Shown here one piece after another: positions 11,906 through 21,163 of a stretch of 33,444 nt of DNA. A model generated the notes under the pieces. The model saw only the letters and a program-made list of their open reading frames with translations, was not told the origin of the DNA and made no database searches. This stretch comes from an uncultured Bacilli bacterium (GTDB taxonomy: Bacteria; Bacillota_I; Bacilli_A; RF39; UBA660), in contig CALVOC010000003.1 of assembly GCA_944350145.1 (NCBI GenBank), forward strand, positions 1 to 33,444. The letters run 5' to 3'. Numbering within the stretch: position 1 is the stretch's first letter; every line of letters starts with the position of its first letter. A program made the translations under genes and the position numbers.

Positions 11906-12289
11906 TTAATTTTCTTTTACAATAGTATCTAAAATAGAATAATGATTATCTTTTAAAACAAAAACAGCCGCCAAAACAGTAAAAATCATAGCAAGCCATC
12001 CCAAATAAGTTCCACAAATCAAATATATGCCATGGCCAATAATTCCTAAACTATTCCCAATCAAACGAATATGCACTTTTTTGGACTGAAAAAAAGCAAC
12101 AGCATGAATAACAATAGAAATAATAGCAAATATTAATAGAAAAGTCATTAAAAACTCTGTACTATCACCAGCTCCTACAGCGCCATTAAAAACCCCCACT
12201 AAAAATAATGAGAAAAAATACAAAAAAGTTCCAACAATATCAATAATACCTGCAGCAATATTTATTTTTAACCTTTTCAAAGAAACCAC
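11906..12289 (-). CDS. Small hypothetical membrane protein (about 4 TM segments)
   Basis: 127 aa with four hydrophobic stretches; GTG start; own TGGTATAAT promoter at 12306-12314. Confidence 0.75.
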   Translation of the reverse strand: MVSLKRLKINIAAGIIDIVGTFLYFFSLFLVGVFNGAVGAGDSTEFLMTFLLIFAIISIVIHAVAFFQSKKVHIRLIGNSLGIIGHGIYLICGTYLGWLAMIFTVLAAVFVLKDNHYSILDTIVKEN

Positions 12290-12325
12290 TCCATATCCTA
12301 TAAAAATTATACCATATCAGAAATT

Positions 12326-12353
12326 AAAAAAACAACGACTTAAATCATTGTTT
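12326..12353 (-). terminator. Intrinsic terminator after gap, overlapping the -35 region of the next promoter
   Basis: AAACAACGA-CTTAAA-TCATTGTTT imperfect inverted repeat with U-tract, abutting the gap stop. Confidence 0.55.
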
Positions 12354-13356
12354 ATTGAAACATTCTTTTAGCAGTTTTCATCATCTGAGTTGTATAACCC
12401 ATTTCATTATCATACCAAGCAACTACTTTAACAAGTTGTTTACCAGCAACATCTAAAACTGTTGTCAATCTTAAATCAACTACAGCTCCGCACTTCATTC
12501 CAATAACATCACTTGAAACAACAGGATCATTCGTAACCTTTAAAGTTTCGTTTGCATTTTGTTCAAAAGCTAAATTAATATCTTCTACTGTAACATTTTT
12601 ACTAAGTTCCAAAACCAAATCAATCATAGATCCATCGCTTACTGGAACACGGTAGGCAACCCCATTTAATTTGCCTTCCAAATTTGGAAGAACTTTTCCA
12701 ATAGCACTAGCAGCACCGGTACTTGCAGGAATAATATTCATCGCACAAGCTCGTCCACGTCTAGAAGCATAACCTTTTTTATGAGCAACATCTAAAGTAA
12801 CTTGATCATTTGTATAGGCATGAATCGTACTCATATATCCTCTATTTACACCGAAGGATTTATCTAAAATAGCTAAGACTGGAGCCAAACAATTTGTCGT
12901 ACAAGAAGCAGCAGAAACAATTTGTTCACTTCCATCTAATATTTCATCATTAACACCATAAACAATCGTTTTCATCTCACCCTTACCAGGAGCAGAAATC
13001 AAAACTTTCTTAGCACCAGCCTCAATATGTTTCATCGCATCGTCATATTTTGTAAACAAACCTGTACATTCCAACACCAAATCAACATTTAAATCTTTCC
13101 AAGGCAAATTACTTGGATCTTTCTGTGCATAAACTGGGATCTTTTTGACATTGTTAATAACCAAATAGTTATCCACACTACTAATCTTATCCTCATGAAA
13201 TCTGCGATGATTTGTATCATACTTAAGATAATAAGCTAAATCCTCAGCACTAGTTAAATCATTAATCGCAACCACATCAAAATCCGTTCCAGTAATCATT
13301 TGGCGAAAAGCAAGTCTACCAATTCTTCCAAAACCATTAATTGCAACTCTTACCAT
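12352..13356 (-). CDS. gap: Type I glyceraldehyde-3-phosphate dehydrogenase
   Basis: INGFGRIGR, ASCTTNCLAP active site, HAYTNDQ, WYDNE. Confidence 0.97.
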   Translation of the reverse strand: MVRVAINGFGRIGRLAFRQMITGTDFDVVAINDLTSAEDLAYYLKYDTNHRRFHEDKISSVDNYLVINNVKKIPVYAQKDPSNLPWKDLNVDLVLECTGLFTKYDDAMKHIEAGAKKVLISAPGKGEMKTIVYGVNDEILDGSEQIVSAASCTTNCLAPVLAILDKSFGVNRGYMSTIHAYTNDQVTLDVAHKKGYASRRGRACAMNIIPASTGAASAIGKVLPNLEGKLNGVAYRVPVSDGSMIDLVLELSKNVTVEDINLAFEQNANETLKVTNDPVVSSDVIGMKCGAVVDLRLTTVLDVAGKQLVKVVAWYDNEMGYTTQMMKTAKRMFQ

Positions 13357-13361
13357 AATAT

Positions 13362-13724
13362 CTATCTCCTTCTTATTTTTTTAGGATACCCTAAAGTATT
13401 TACTTTATAATTTTTCTTCACTTCTTTTTCAAAGTTCTTTTTCCTTTTTACAAAAAAACTATTAGTTTGTCTTAAACTTTCATTTACAAAATTCCTAGAT
13501 TCATCACAATTTAAAATTCCAAAAAAAGTACTTGCAGAATTAACATCCCCTTGCAAAAACAAATTAGTCAAAAATTCTTCTCTTGAATACAATTTAAAAA
13601 TGTAATCTAAAAAATGAAATTCATCAGCAAGCTTTACATAAGAAATTTCTTTACGAATACAATACAATTCTAAAAAATCCAAAGCTTGAGACAAATCATC
13701 TACAACAAATTTAAAAACTTTCAT
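13362..13724 (-). CDS. Hypothetical protein (120 aa, basic C-terminus)
   Basis: GGTGA RBS; TGGTATAGT promoter at 13741-13749; its last codons contain the gap RBS. Confidence 0.7.
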   Translation of the reverse strand: MKVFKFVVDDLSQALDFLELYCIRKEISYVKLADEFHFLDYIFKLYSREEFLTNLFLQGDVNSASTFFGILNCDESRNFVNESLRQTNSFFVKRKKNFEKEVKKNYKVNTLGYPKKIRRR

Positions 13725-13752
13725 ATATCACCACAATTTAACTATACCATAT

Positions 13753-15381
13753 CTACCCAATAAATTCACGTAAAACAGAATTTTTTGGAACAAATTCTGA
13801 AGGTATAGTGAAAAACACTTGTAAATAATCGATAAGCCGTCTAGATTCACTGTAATAAACACTGTCGACACCAACCGAAAACAAAAGAGGATCAGCATAA
13901 ACTTTTAAAATACCTATTTCATAAGCCAAAGCTGTATTGATAATCATATCCGCTTGATAAACATAAGGGAAAATATATTTTTCTTCACCAGAGCGAACAA
14001 TTTGCCACTCTGCAATCGTTTGATCAACTTTTTTACCTCTTGTTCGATTATCGCGAACAATTCGTCTAATCAAACGCAAATCCAAAGTAGAAATGTAATT
14101 ATGTCGATCAATATTTAAAGGAATAAACGGACTCAAATAAATTTTAAATTTATATTTAGATTCAATATACGGAACCAAATCATCATTTAAACAATGTAAT
14201 CCTTCAATAAGTAAAAGACTATTTTCTTTTAAAGAAACCTTTCTTCCTTTAAAAACTTTTTTTCCATTTAAAAAATCATATTCAGGAATTTCTACCTCTT
14301 TATGAGCTAACAAATTCTGTAAAGTTTGATTAAAAAGTTCTAAATCAATAGCTTGTAAACATTCATAATCGTATTCTCCCTTATCATTTTTCGGAGTATC
14401 TTCCCGATCGACAAAAAAATCATCTGTTGATAATCCGATCGGATCATATCCACGACTGCGTAAAATGGAACTAATTCGTTTCATAGTAGTCGTCTTTCCA
14501 CTAGAAGATGGCCCAGCAATTAAAACCATGCGAACATCCCGTAAAGAAATAATTTTATCACAAGCCTTTAATAAATCCTCTTCATAAACAATTTCATTAG
14601 AGTGAATAAAGTCTTCAATTTTAGAAGTACTCACCAAATAATTCATTTGAGATAAATAAGGAACTTGCATTTGTCTAAGCCATTTTTTCGTAGACATAAA
14701 ATTGGCTACAATATTTTCATAATGAACGTACTCTGGAATATGATTTCCACTCGTTACATTTGGGCAAACCAAAACAATTCGATTTCTACCTAAAAATACC
14801 AACTCAAAACGATTAAGCACCTTTGTATCGTAAGGCATCATAGTATAAAAATAATTTAAATGATCCCGTAAACGATACATCGTAACAACTTCCTTAGGAG
14901 TATTTTGAATATTATATGCTTTCTCTTCTTCATGACGATTCATAAAATAATGAAAGGCATCTTGGTTATCTAAATGATAACGATAGAAACGTTCCTTTTT
15001 TTCCACAATGGAAGCCATGTGACCTTTAATTTTAGAAATATCATCGGAAGTTAAATTTCTTGTTACGCGAATCTCACTTAAAATACCTTTAGGCACACTA
15101 TGCAAAAATAGTACTTCAGCATCAGGATATAACTCCATAACAGAAACATAAAATAAAAATTTCAAAGCTCCTTGATAAATCTTGTATCCTGCTAGAGAAG
15201 TAACATCTAAAAAGGAAACAGTACAATTTTCAAGTATTTTTGAATCCAAAGAAAAAACTTCATTGCCAACTTGAGCTGCCAAAGTATCCTCTAAATGAAA
15301 CTGTTTAGCAATATCATAATAAAGTGTACCTTTTGGAACAATAACAGTTTGATTTTGATATGTAACTTTAATTTCTTGCAT
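13753..15381 (-). CDS. Nucleoside/uridine kinase (PRK/UK family) with N-terminal TGS/ThrRS-like domains
   Basis: IAGPSSSGKTT P-loop, DDFF, IEGLH and RRIVRD in the C-terminal half; the N-terminal region resembles the ThrRS TGS+N2 region. Confidence 0.85.
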   Translation of the reverse strand: MQEIKVTYQNQTVIVPKGTLYYDIAKQFHLEDTLAAQVGNEVFSLDSKILENCTVSFLDVTSLAGYKIYQGALKFLFYVSVMELYPDAEVLFLHSVPKGILSEIRVTRNLTSDDISKIKGHMASIVEKKERFYRYHLDNQDAFHYFMNRHEEEKAYNIQNTPKEVVTMYRLRDHLNYFYTMMPYDTKVLNRFELVFLGRNRIVLVCPNVTSGNHIPEYVHYENIVANFMSTKKWLRQMQVPYLSQMNYLVSTSKIEDFIHSNEIVYEEDLLKACDKIISLRDVRMVLIAGPSSSGKTTTMKRISSILRSRGYDPIGLSTDDFFVDREDTPKNDKGEYDYECLQAIDLELFNQTLQNLLAHKEVEIPEYDFLNGKKVFKGRKVSLKENSLLLIEGLHCLNDDLVPYIESKYKFKIYLSPFIPLNIDRHNYISTLDLRLIRRIVRDNRTRGKKVDQTIAEWQIVRSGEEKYIFPYVYQADMIINTALAYEIGILKVYADPLLFSVGVDSVYYSESRRLIDYLQVFFTIPSEFVPKNSVLREFIG

Positions 15382-15483
15382 AATATCTCCTAGCCTTTTC
15401 TATTCTTAAAATATTTTAACACAAAAAAAATTTTTTTTGAATAGTTTTTACATTATCATACTATGATAATAATAGGTGAGAAA

Positions 15484-16053
15484 ATGAATATAATTCCAAC
15501 AGTTTTAGAAAAAACAAACAATCGTGAAGTCGCTTATGACTTATATTCTCGTTTATTAGAAGATCGAATTATTTTTTTAAGTGGAGAAATCACAGATCAA
15601 ACAGCCAATCTAATTGTCAGCGAACTACTATTTTTAGATTCTAAAAATCATGAAGATATATATATGTATATAAACAGCCCTGGAGGATCTGTAACAAGTG
15701 GAATGGCCATCTATGATACGATGAATTACATTAAAAGTGATGTCAGAACTATCTGTGTCGGATTAGCAGCTTCCATGGCAGCCTTTCTTCTTTCATCAGG
15801 AACAAAAGGAAAAAGATTTGCACTCATAAATGCAGACGTAATGATCCACCAACCCCTAGGAGGCATGCAAGGTCAAGCAAGTGATATGAAAATAGCTTGT
15901 GAGCGAATTTTAAAAATGAAAGAAAAACTAAATAAAATTTTAGCAAAAAACACCAATCAGCCATTAAAGAAAATTCAAAAAGATACCGATCGAGATTACT
16001 ATTTAACAAGTGAAGAAGCAAAAAAATACGGCTTAATTGATCAAATCATTTAA
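15484..16053 (+). CDS. clpP: ATP-dependent Clp protease proteolytic subunit
   Basis: [23 protein letters not shown] (Ser), MIHQP (His), DRDYY (Asp). Start at ATG 15484 behind AGGTGAG. Confidence 0.96.
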   Translation: MNIIPTVLEKTNNREVAYDLYSRLLEDRIIFLSGEITDQTANLIVSELLFLDSKNHEDIYMYINSPGGSVTSGMAIYDTMNYIKSDVRTICVGLAASMAAFLLSSGTKGKRFALINADVMIHQPLGGMQGQASDMKIACERILKMKEKLNKILAKNTNQPLKKIQKDTDRDYYLTSEEAKKYGLIDQII

Positions 16054-16063
16054 GCCTTTTTTT
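16021..16063. terminator. Bidirectional terminator-like hairpin lying inside the overlapping 3' ends of clpP and whiA
   Basis: GGCTTAA-T-TGAT-CAA-ATCA-T-TTAAGCC followed by T7 and preceded by A6. Confidence 0.6.
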
Positions 16064-16976
16064 CATGTAATTCTTTTAATTTTTTCATTTTAATAAAATG
16101 ATGATTAATTCCTGACTTTCCAATAATATAACCAGTTTCTAAAGAAATAATAGAAGCAAGTTCTTGATAAGAACTTTCTGGATATTTCAAACGATATTCC
16201 ATAATTATCTTTGTTTTCTCGTCCAATAAGTCAAGCAAATCATGTTCTTTTAAATAAAGTATATCTTGAACTTGTTGGTTGCCTGTTCGTAAACTTTTTT
16301 CTTGATTGGCAATCTCACAATTATTTAAACGATTCACCATATTTTTATGATCTCGATAAATTCGAACATCTTCAAAATAAAACAAAGAATTTGAAGCCTG
16401 AAACATACGTATCATATCGCTAATTTCTTCAGAACTTTTTAAATAGACCATAAACTTATTATTTCTTTCCAAAACCTTTGTATCAAATTTCATTTCATGA
16501 AGAAGTTCACTAAAAAAATTTGCATCAGAAATACGGTCAAATACATATTCTAAATGATATCCACTAGTGGCTGGATCATTGATCGACCCAATCACTAAAA
16601 ATGCTCCTCGGACAAAAGCGACCATCTCTTCTGGACACCCCAAGTCATTTCGATTCATATCCAAAAATGTATGATCTTTTTTAATGTTTAATCTTTCAAG
16701 AATCATAGGAGCATGATCTTTGACTTCTAAAATATAAATTTGTTTATTTCGAAACCTTTTTTGATTTCGAACTGTAATATGGACAGATAAATTAAAAAGA
16801 CTTTTTATATCTTTATAAACACGTCGTGCAATAGACGCATTTTCAAAAGTTAGAGAAAATCCATTTTCTTGAATAAAAGCATCATAACGAATAATAGCTG
16901 AAAGCTCAGGAAAAATATCATTTCGACTAATAGAATTACTACAAATTTCTTCTTTTAACTTCATCGAATACGTCAT
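16050..16976 (-). CDS. whiA: DNA-binding protein WhiA
   Basis: [27 protein letters not shown]-like core, [20 protein letters not shown]. Confidence 0.93.
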   Translation of the reverse strand: MTYSMKLKEEICSNSISRNDIFPELSAIIRYDAFIQENGFSLTFENASIARRVYKDIKSLFNLSVHITVRNQKRFRNKQIYILEVKDHAPMILERLNIKKDHTFLDMNRNDLGCPEEMVAFVRGAFLVIGSINDPATSGYHLEYVFDRISDANFFSELLHEMKFDTKVLERNNKFMVYLKSSEEISDMIRMFQASNSLFYFEDVRIYRDHKNMVNRLNNCEIANQEKSLRTGNQQVQDILYLKEHDLLDLLDEKTKIIMEYRLKYPESSYQELASIISLETGYIIGKSGINHHFIKMKKLKELHEKKA

Positions 16977-17024
16977 AAAAATTCACCAGCATTATTATAC
17001 AAAAAAAGAATAGAAAAATCTATC

Positions 17025-18248
17025 CTAATACATATCTGTTCTGGAATAAAAAGACCAGCCATAACTATTTGGAAATCCTGGAGGAATAATCGTGGTACTT
17101 GGTCCTGGACTATAACCAGTAAAGAAGCCATTAGCAACGCCAAAATGCAAATGAGCTCCAGTAGTACACTCATCATATCCACCATGAAGTGTACTAGTTG
17201 AATAACCTCCAACCTTTCCTATAACGGTACCTTGATCGACAATATCTCCCACTTTTACATTAATGGTACCATCTAATAAATGGAAATAATAAGTAACATA
17301 CTCTTTACCACCAACAACTACATTAATGAAAACCATATTTCCACCGCAAGAACTTCTTTCAACAATCCCGGCTACCTCTCCAGCAGCTGCAGCATAAATA
17401 GGTGTGCCTTCAAAAGGACTAGCTCCACCAATATCTAGGGCATTATGATAACTTCCCCAACGATAACCAACTTCACTTGTAATCGTTCCATAATTTAACG
17501 GTTTTAACCACCCACTATTTAAAGGAACAGAAGAACAACTTGTAAGCAAAACATCATCAGCAGTACTTCCAACTTTAGAAGAACACTTATCCAAATAGTC
17601 ATTTAATCGGGCTTGAGCATTCTCCAATTGATCCTCAATACTTATTGCATATTTATTATAATTCTCTAACTTACCATAATTTTCTTCAATAATCTTTTTA
17701 TATTCTACCGATTGAGCTTCCAAATCTTTCTTTTTCTGCTCTAATTCTACTTTTAATTCTTCATTTCTTTTAATTTCAGCTTCCAAATCTCCAATAGTTC
17801 CATGAATTTGATTGGATAATTGTTCAATCGCAGCAATCCTCATAATCATATCTGTCATGGTAGTAGCACCACTAACATATTCTACATAAGCATTAGTTCC
17901 TTTCATTTGTTGTAAATAAAGTAAAACATCGGATGCATTCACTTTCAATTCTTCAATTCGTTCATTGGATTCTTCAATATCTTTTTGAGCTTGTTCCATA
18001 TCCGCTTCAGCTTGATGAATATCTGCTTCTGCTTGTTTAACCGCAGCTTCCTTAGCAGCAATTTCTGCTTTTGCTTCCGCAGTCATATTATCATTATCTT
18101 GTTTCTGTTTTAAAAGTTCATTATAATTTGCCCTTAAATCACCCAAAGTTTTAGGAGATTCAATTAAAGCAGAAACACTTTCAAAAGGAATAAAAATCAT
18201 ACTCACAAAAACAATTAAAAGCATACTTTTGATACCTTTACTTTTCAA
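17025..18248 (-). CDS. Secreted coiled-coil / M23 endopeptidase, paralog 2
   Basis: Signal peptide, PcsB/CwlO-like coiled coil, HNALD (HxxxD) and HLH (HxH) zinc motifs. TTG start behind AGGTGA (alternative GTG at 18257). Confidence 0.88.
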   Translation of the reverse strand: MKSKGIKSMLLIVFVSMIFIPFESVSALIESPKTLGDLRANYNELLKQKQDNDNMTAEAKAEIAAKEAAVKQAEADIHQAEADMEQAQKDIEESNERIEELKVNASDVLLYLQQMKGTNAYVEYVSGATTMTDMIMRIAAIEQLSNQIHGTIGDLEAEIKRNEELKVELEQKKKDLEAQSVEYKKIIEENYGKLENYNKYAISIEDQLENAQARLNDYLDKCSSKVGSTADDVLLTSCSSVPLNSGWLKPLNYGTITSEVGYRWGSYHNALDIGGASPFEGTPIYAAAAGEVAGIVERSSCGGNMVFINVVVGGKEYVTYYFHLLDGTINVKVGDIVDQGTVIGKVGGYSTSTLHGGYDECTTGAHLHFGVANGFFTGYSPGPSTTIIPPGFPNSYGWSFYSRTDMY

Positions 18249-18268
18249 ATATATCACCTACCCTATAA

Positions 18269-18306
18269 AGTATAACACAAAAAAGCAAAAACGTTAAGTT
18301 TTTGCT
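18269..18306 (-). promoter_or_regulatory. Fused terminator (GCAAAAAC-GTTAA-GTTTTTGC) and extended -10 promoter (TGTTATACT) between the two M23 paralogs
   Basis: Hairpin about 18285-18305, U-tract, -10 TATACT at 18269-18274. Confidence 0.6.
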
Positions 18307-19540
18307 AATACATATCATAACGACTATAAAAACGCCAGCCATAAGTGTTTGGAAAACCTGGAGGAGTTATAACGTTACTTTTAGAAATAGAATAACCATT
18401 GTAATATCCTTTAGCTACACCAAAATGCAAATGAGCTCCAGTAGTACAATTATCATACCCGCCATAAATTGAAGCAGTTTGATATCCTCCACCAACATAA
18501 CCAATAATAGTATCTTGGGTAACAACATCTCCTAAATTCACATTAAAGCTTAATAAATGATAATAATATGTCGTATAAGCTACACCATTTACATTCACAT
18601 CGATATAAAGCATATTCCCGCCACAACTATATTTATAGATCATTCCAGAAACAACTCCAGCAGCCGCGGCATAAACCGGAGTACCTTCAGCATTTCCTCC
18701 TATATCTAAAGCATTATGATAGCTTCCCCAACGGCTGCCAATCTCACTCGTGATAACACCAGAATTCAAGGGTTTTAACCATCCGTCATTACCTATAGGA
18801 ATAACATTTCCACTACTATCATACTTAGGTTCAACACAATCCACAGTTAAAATAGCACTATCTCCTTTTTCAGGAGCCCACTTAGCACATTTATCTTCAT
18901 AAGTGTCTAATAAACTCTTTAAAGATTTAATCTGTTCATCAATATTTAAAGCATAGCTATCATATTCATCCACTTTATCATAATTTTCAGAAATAACTCT
19001 TTTATATTCAACCGTTTGAGCTTCCAATTTCTTAGTTTTATCATCAAGCTCTTTTTTTAATTCTTCATTTCGTTTGATTTCTGTTTCTAAATCGCCGATC
19101 GTTCTATGAATTTGATTGGATAACTGTTCAACAGCTGCAATACGCATAATCATATCTGTCATCGTAGTTGCCCCAGTAACATACTCTACATAAGCATTCG
19201 TACCTCTCATTTGTTGCAAATAAAGTAAAACGTCAGATGCATTCACCTTCAACTCATCAATTCGAGTATTAGAAGCATCTATATCTTTTTGAGCTTGCTC
19301 CATTTCAGATCGAGCTGCATGAATATCTGCTTCTGCTTGTTTCAAAGCTGCCTCCTTACGTGCTATTTCCGCTTTTGCTTCAGAAGACAAAGCCTCATTT
19401 TGAGCTTTCTCATTCAACTTGGCTTGATAAGATTGCTTTAATTCTCCTAATGTTTGAGCATCCTCAGCGGCAACATTCAAAAGGAAACTAAAAGAACAAA
19501 AGAGAATGCAAAAACAAATTCCAATTATTTTTCTCATCAT
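18305..19540 (-). CDS. Secreted coiled-coil / M23 endopeptidase, paralog 1 (putative FtsX-activated hydrolase)
   Basis: Signal peptide, coiled coil, HNALD and HLH motifs; ATGA overlap with the ftsX stop. Confidence 0.9.
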   Translation of the reverse strand: MMRKIIGICFCILFCSFSFLLNVAAEDAQTLGELKQSYQAKLNEKAQNEALSSEAKAEIARKEAALKQAEADIHAARSEMEQAQKDIDASNTRIDELKVNASDVLLYLQQMRGTNAYVEYVTGATTMTDMIMRIAAVEQLSNQIHRTIGDLETEIKRNEELKKELDDKTKKLEAQTVEYKRVISENYDKVDEYDSYALNIDEQIKSLKSLLDTYEDKCAKWAPEKGDSAILTVDCVEPKYDSSGNVIPIGNDGWLKPLNSGVITSEIGSRWGSYHNALDIGGNAEGTPVYAAAAGVVSGMIYKYSCGGNMLYIDVNVNGVAYTTYYYHLLSFNVNLGDVVTQDTIIGYVGGGYQTASIYGGYDNCTTGAHLHFGVAKGYYNGYSISKSNVITPPGFPNTYGWRFYSRYDMY

Positions 19541-20430
19541 ATTTTTAAATACTTTCTAACAGCCCGCCATGAACCTAACATACCTACTAAAGAACCAATA
19601 ATTAATAAGCCTAAACAAACAAATAAAACAAATGGGAAAGGTTTTACCAAAGTAATAATCTGTGTAAATACATAGCCACCTGTTTGGTTATATAAAAATA
19701 CATAGCCATAAATACTAATTAAAATTGGAAGAATACTTCCTAAAACCCCTAAAATAAATCCTTCAAAAACAAAAGGCAATTTTATAGCAGTATTACTTGC
19801 ACCAACCAAACGCATAATTTCAATTTCTGTTCTTCTTGAAAAAATTGTTAACTTAATCGTATTGCTTATCAAAAAAGCTGTAACGAGAACAAGAGCAAAA
19901 ACAATAGCAACAGTTCCAAAACTAATCGCATCAAAAATGCCAATTACATTTTCCACCATGCCTTCACCATATTCAGCACTACTAACAAAATCATAATCTC
20001 GTAACTTTTCAGCAGTTTCACTTAAATCCTTAACATCTTTAACCGTTACAATAATTGAATCCAACAATGGATTTTCTTCGAATATATCTAAAGCATTCTC
20101 AAGACTCTCGTCTTCATCTTTCATTTCAGCTTTCCATTCATCTTTACTTTTCATCACATAAGTATCAACATTTTCCATTGTTTTTAAATCATTTTCTATT
20201 TCTATTTTTTGTTCATCCGTAACATCTTTATTTAAATAAACGACAATAGTTAATTCATGCTCTAAATCTGTTGTAACTTGTCGAACATTATGGGATAAAA
20301 ATATAGAAATCGCGACCAAAATCAATGTAATTGTTGTACAAGCAACAGAAGCCATTGATAAAGAAAAATTTCGAAAAACACTTTTAAAAGAATCGCGAAT
20401 ACTTCTAGTTAGAATTCTTAACGCTTTCAT
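19537..20430 (-). CDS. ftsX: Cell division permease-like protein FtsX
   Basis: 4-TM topology with large extracellular loop, ENPL, NTIKLTIFSRRTEIEIMRLVGA. Start at ATG 20430. Confidence 0.93.
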   Translation of the reverse strand: MKALRILTRSIRDSFKSVFRNFSLSMASVACTTITLILVAISIFLSHNVRQVTTDLEHELTIVVYLNKDVTDEQKIEIENDLKTMENVDTYVMKSKDEWKAEMKDEDESLENALDIFEENPLLDSIIVTVKDVKDLSETAEKLRDYDFVSSAEYGEGMVENVIGIFDAISFGTVAIVFALVLVTAFLISNTIKLTIFSRRTEIEIMRLVGASNTAIKLPFVFEGFILGVLGSILPILISIYGYVFLYNQTGGYVFTQIITLVKPFPFVLFVCLGLLIIGSLVGMLGSWRAVRKYLKI

Positions 20431-21118
20431 GAACTTTATAACTTCCTTTCTTCGTATCACTGGCTAAAACACCATTTTCAATGACTAAAACTCTTTTTTT
20501 CATTTGATTAACTAAATCTTTATCATGAGTAGCCATAATAATCGTGGTACCAAGTTCCTTATTAATTTTATCTAATATTTTCATAATTCCTTTTGAAGTA
20601 TCTGGATCCAAGTTTCCTGTAGGTTCATCACATATAAGCAATTTAGGATCATTGACAATCGCTCTTGCAATTGCAACACGTTGTTGTTCACCTCCAGAAA
20701 GTTCACTAGGTAAATTACGTGTTTTTTCTTTTAAACCAACAGCTTCAATAGCTCGAAGAACTTTTGGCCGAATTTCATCACTTGGTAAACCAAGAGTTTC
20801 CAAAGCAAAAGCAACATTTTCATAGACATTTAGTTTTGGAAGCAATTTAAAGTCTTGAAAAACGACTCCTAACTTTCTTCTCAATTTATAAACTTTAGAA
20901 TTACGAAGACGTGCAACATCAATCCCACCAACGATAACACTACCTTTGGTAGGCTTTTCTTCACGATAAAGCATTTTAATAAAAGTACTTTTTCCACTAC
21001 CAGTAGAACCAATAACAAAAACAAATTCTCCTTTGTCAATAGAAACACTTAAATCAGCCACGGCTGTCGTTCCGTTTTTATAGATTTTATATGCATGTTC
21101 TACTTTAATTAACTTCAC
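20405..21118 (-). CDS. ftsE: Cell division ATP-binding protein FtsE
   Basis: GSTGSGKST, VVFQDFKLL, LSGGEQQRV, DEPTGNLD; adjacent to ftsX; TGATATAAT promoter at 21144-21152. Confidence 0.95.
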   Translation of the reverse strand: MKLIKVEHAYKIYKNGTTAVADLSVSIDKGEFVFVIGSTGSGKSTFIKMLYREEKPTKGSVIVGGIDVARLRNSKVYKLRRKLGVVFQDFKLLPKLNVYENVAFALETLGLPSDEIRPKVLRAIEAVGLKEKTRNLPSELSGGEQQRVAIARAIVNDPKLLICDEPTGNLDPDTSKGIMKILDKINKELGTTIIMATHDKDLVNQMKKRVLVIENGVLASDTKKGSYKVHESVKNSN

Positions 21119-21163
21119 TTCTTACCACCTCGTTATTATTTTCATTATATCATAAATAAACCA

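Noticed and set aside
13169-13177. Perfect DnaA box TTATCCACA inside gap
   Set aside because: Single intragenic copy with no cluster; not an origin.
15439-15464. GAATA...CATACTA sigma-G/sigma-E-like promoter before clpP
   Set aside because: The spacer is too short for either consensus; not supportable without transcript data.
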